From Tubulanus polymorphus (lineage: Eukaryota; Animalia; Nemertea), in the NCBI RefSeq assembly GCF_964204645.1, contig NC_134031.1, positions 15,921,807 through 15,985,806 on the forward strand: a stretch of DNA of 64,000 nt, written 5' to 3'. Both the position numbers and the translations under genes were made by a program. Below the pieces are notes generated by a model. It made no database searches. It worked only from the letters and a program-made list of their open reading frames with translations, and was not told where the DNA came from. The stretch's first letter is position 1; every line of letters begins with the position of its first letter. Below are positions 61,189 through 64,000 of the stretch, in pieces.

Positions 61189-64000
61189 CCGGCTCCCAAG
61201 TTCGTAAACGTGTCGATCTATTGTCCACCGCAAATGCCTACGAACTCTCTTAAGTATGTAAACGTACTAGAAAAGCCAAATAAACTTCACAATAAATATA
61301 CAAGGTAGGAAAGGTCAACGCAATCCGAGATATCATTGTACCCCACCTGATCCGACTCTACCCACCTTCGTAAATGAAAACTATGAAAACTAATAACTAC
61401 AATTCATCGATTAATTTCGACTAAACCGGCAACCTTTCAAATACCGGTGCTGTGCGGCGAATTAATCACTCTAACTATGATAATGTTTGTTCGCGCAACA
61501 CCCAGATTTGTTTACTTACTGACATGTATATACAATTACGACACGCAAGTCTTGGCCTTCGCACACGAAAAACCTTCAATTATAAACACAAGACTTTCAG
61601 TCACCCTAACTACTAACTATAGTCTATATTGACAGCTTTCTCCATGTGTTCCAATAGGCACAGGTATCTAGGCGCTCCCTTCGAAATCAGCCTATGCTCA
61701 TAATGCTCAAGATTAAAGGATTAATCAGATAACAGTTACAATGACCACTAACTACTCAACAGTTACAAACTAACTAAGCTTTTAATCAGCCTAGATTCAT
61801 TGTCCCTTAGTTATCAGAACTCACAATCAGAAAACAAAGAGATCGCCACCACGAGATTAAAATCTAACATTTTCATTGTTTAAACTTTGAGGTTGTTTGA
61901 TTTAGAGTTTGAGACTTTCACTTTCACTGCTCTAACGGCTGGCTTATGTCGACAAGCAACGCGACGCCTACCGACTCCTACCGACGCAACTGACAGCGAC
62001 CGCGATCGCAGCCCAGCTTATGTCGACTGCGCTCTAATTCCCAGCAACTGAGGCCGACTAGCGGGATATGAGATCCTCCCAGTTGCTTCCCTGCTTATGT
62101 CGGTTGCCATTACTAGCAACTGCCACGGCTCAAATGGTCACATGATAAGCATTTTGAGAATAAATTTGAATTATTAGGAAATATATTTCTATTAGAAAAG
62201 CTATTTCTTTAAGACTTTGATCTTTCTGATTCTGTTTTGAATACAACGTGCTAGCGACATCTATAAAGATGGCCGCTCACACCATAATTTTACCAATTTC
62301 GTAAAAATACAATCCATAATTCGACCGCCGATCACATAACTATATCCGCACTTTGATTTTTGTACTTTCATTTTTAACATAAAAATCACCCCCTGTTGTT
62401 TCGCTCCCGGCAGGTGCGCACTGGGTTTGTAAGGGACACCGAATCAAACGCAACCAATAAAATAAATATCAGGGTCAATCCCTATTGTAGATGAAAAATA
62501 CAATCTGTTAACACAGCGAAATGGTATAAGATGGATAATGTTTGCGCTATCTAACAATCTCAACAAATTTCTCCGACTTTACAGGTAAGTGGCCACGCGG
62601 AATAATGCTCAAATTATTGTTTCCCCCACCCTGCTCCCCCTAAATAGGTCACTCAGGCCTACCCCTTTCGGTAAACAGCGTACCGGTACACACTATATCT
62701 ATCAATCAATCAGCTTTTGTTGAAGTCAATTCGAATGAAAACAGCTGTTTCGTGTATCTCGAAATCATCGAGCATGAATCATTACGCTGAAGCCAGCTTC
62801 CTATTCTACCCCACACATGCGCGTCGTTGGTGCACGTAACACACAAAGACCTTTCTAACGATATCCAACACTGCAGTTCCCCCTCCATCACAAAGAGACT
62901 TTCACCACCGCTAGGTTAGCAAAAATTATCATTTCTATCTAGATAGGTTAGAAATATTCGAAAAGAGGAAACGAGTGCGAACCTGTCCTGTTTTTGATGT
63001 ATAGCTGTTATTCGCGCTACCTAGGACACAATAACGAAATAATAAAGCCGAAATGAAACCCTGAGCATATTGTACGCAAATGGAAAATAGGTTAGAATTT
63101 GAATTAAAAGTTCAAGTTTGCGTAGTAACTAACACCGATAGCTGGGCGACTGTACGACGAGCAGGGTCAATCCGTAGACTATTATACAGTGTGTACTAGT
63201 TATTACAAAGCCCTTTGTTAGAAGCACGGCAGTCCATCCACTCTACACGGAACAGACCCAATTCTTTCCTTCACGATCCAGCGTGCTATGAGTATGCGCG
63301 ATGACTCAGAAATATATTCGCGGAATTAATATCGCGGCTTTTTAAAGAATGACAACCTATAAAGCCTACCTAAGAATAAAGCCTAACTATTACCAACGCA
63401 TACATATTAGTTTTCCCGAGCACTTTCATTAGCCTCAGTCTTGATTGATTGATTACATAATCAATAATTTCTTACTACAATAAACGAAACCAATTATAAA
63501 TTGGAGCTAATATATCAAACGAGTAACACCCTGTTTCGGTCACGGCAAGTTTGGCGGGTTCGTAAGGAACACCAAATACTCAAACGAAATCTACCAATCG
63601 AATAGGCCTAAATCAAACGGAGACAATTCCTATTTTAAGGTAGATTTCAAAACAAAGACATATTTCAATCTTTTCATTAAGCACTTTCATTAACTCACCT
63701 AGGCCTACTAATAGATTAGTCCTATCAAACCTTAACCCTTCATTCGAGTTCTCTAGCTTTCAACCTTACAATTACCCTATTAATATTATATACTCACTAC
63801 TTAAATAATACTGAATCATTAGGAACCCTAATTAAAAACGGTAAACGTCTATTTGACGAAAAACAAATATAAACTTAGGATTTTGATCTACCCAAATATG
63901 TTGTGTATCATAAACAGACGTCATGTACAATTTCTGAAGAACGTTGTATTAATTTACGACCGAAATATTGTGCGTCAGGAAGGACAGTAGATAGAGAGTA

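Noticed and set aside
1-64000. U12-type introns, stop-codon readthrough or selenocysteine recoding
   Set aside because: All junctions I reconstructed are ordinary GT-AG with U2-type donors, the three stops lack a TGA-CTA context, and no in-frame TGA is needed. Not every junction was checked.

Overview
Eukaryotic, intron-rich animal DNA (an invertebrate, probably lophotrochozoan; the species cannot be determined from this window). It holds four multi-exon genes with canonical GT-AG introns. (1) The 5' two-thirds of an ABCA2-like lipid transporter (minus strand, runs off the left edge). (2) A complete ASPM/Asp gene (minus) with a 3,456-bp IQ exon and about 54 IQ motifs. (3) A complete OPA1 gene (plus), head-to-head with ASPM across a short shared promoter. 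(4) SPSB1/gustavus (minus), tail-to-tail with OPA1, with an apparently ~4.6-kb 3' UTR. Introns are dense with short non-autonomous elements: PIF/Harbinger-type MITEs with CWG target duplications, piggyBac-type and Tc1/mariner-type MITEs, CORE-like tRNA SINEs, RTE and L2 LINE ends, and a 363-bp foldback. The most unusual signal is three families of small hammerhead-ribozyme-bearing (Penelope-like) elements, mostly arranged as inverted hairpins; two near-intact ribozymes lie in the sense orientation of their host pre-mRNAs. Other notable items: a ~60-copy 26-bp minisatellite built from an ASPM branch-point region, a cluster of frame-preserving OPA1 micro-exons, a dual-use ABCA2 N-terminus/splice acceptor beside a perfect CLEAR motif, and a CHR/CCAAT/CRE bidirectional promoter. 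All coordinates were counted by hand and may be off by a few bases; no database searches were run.
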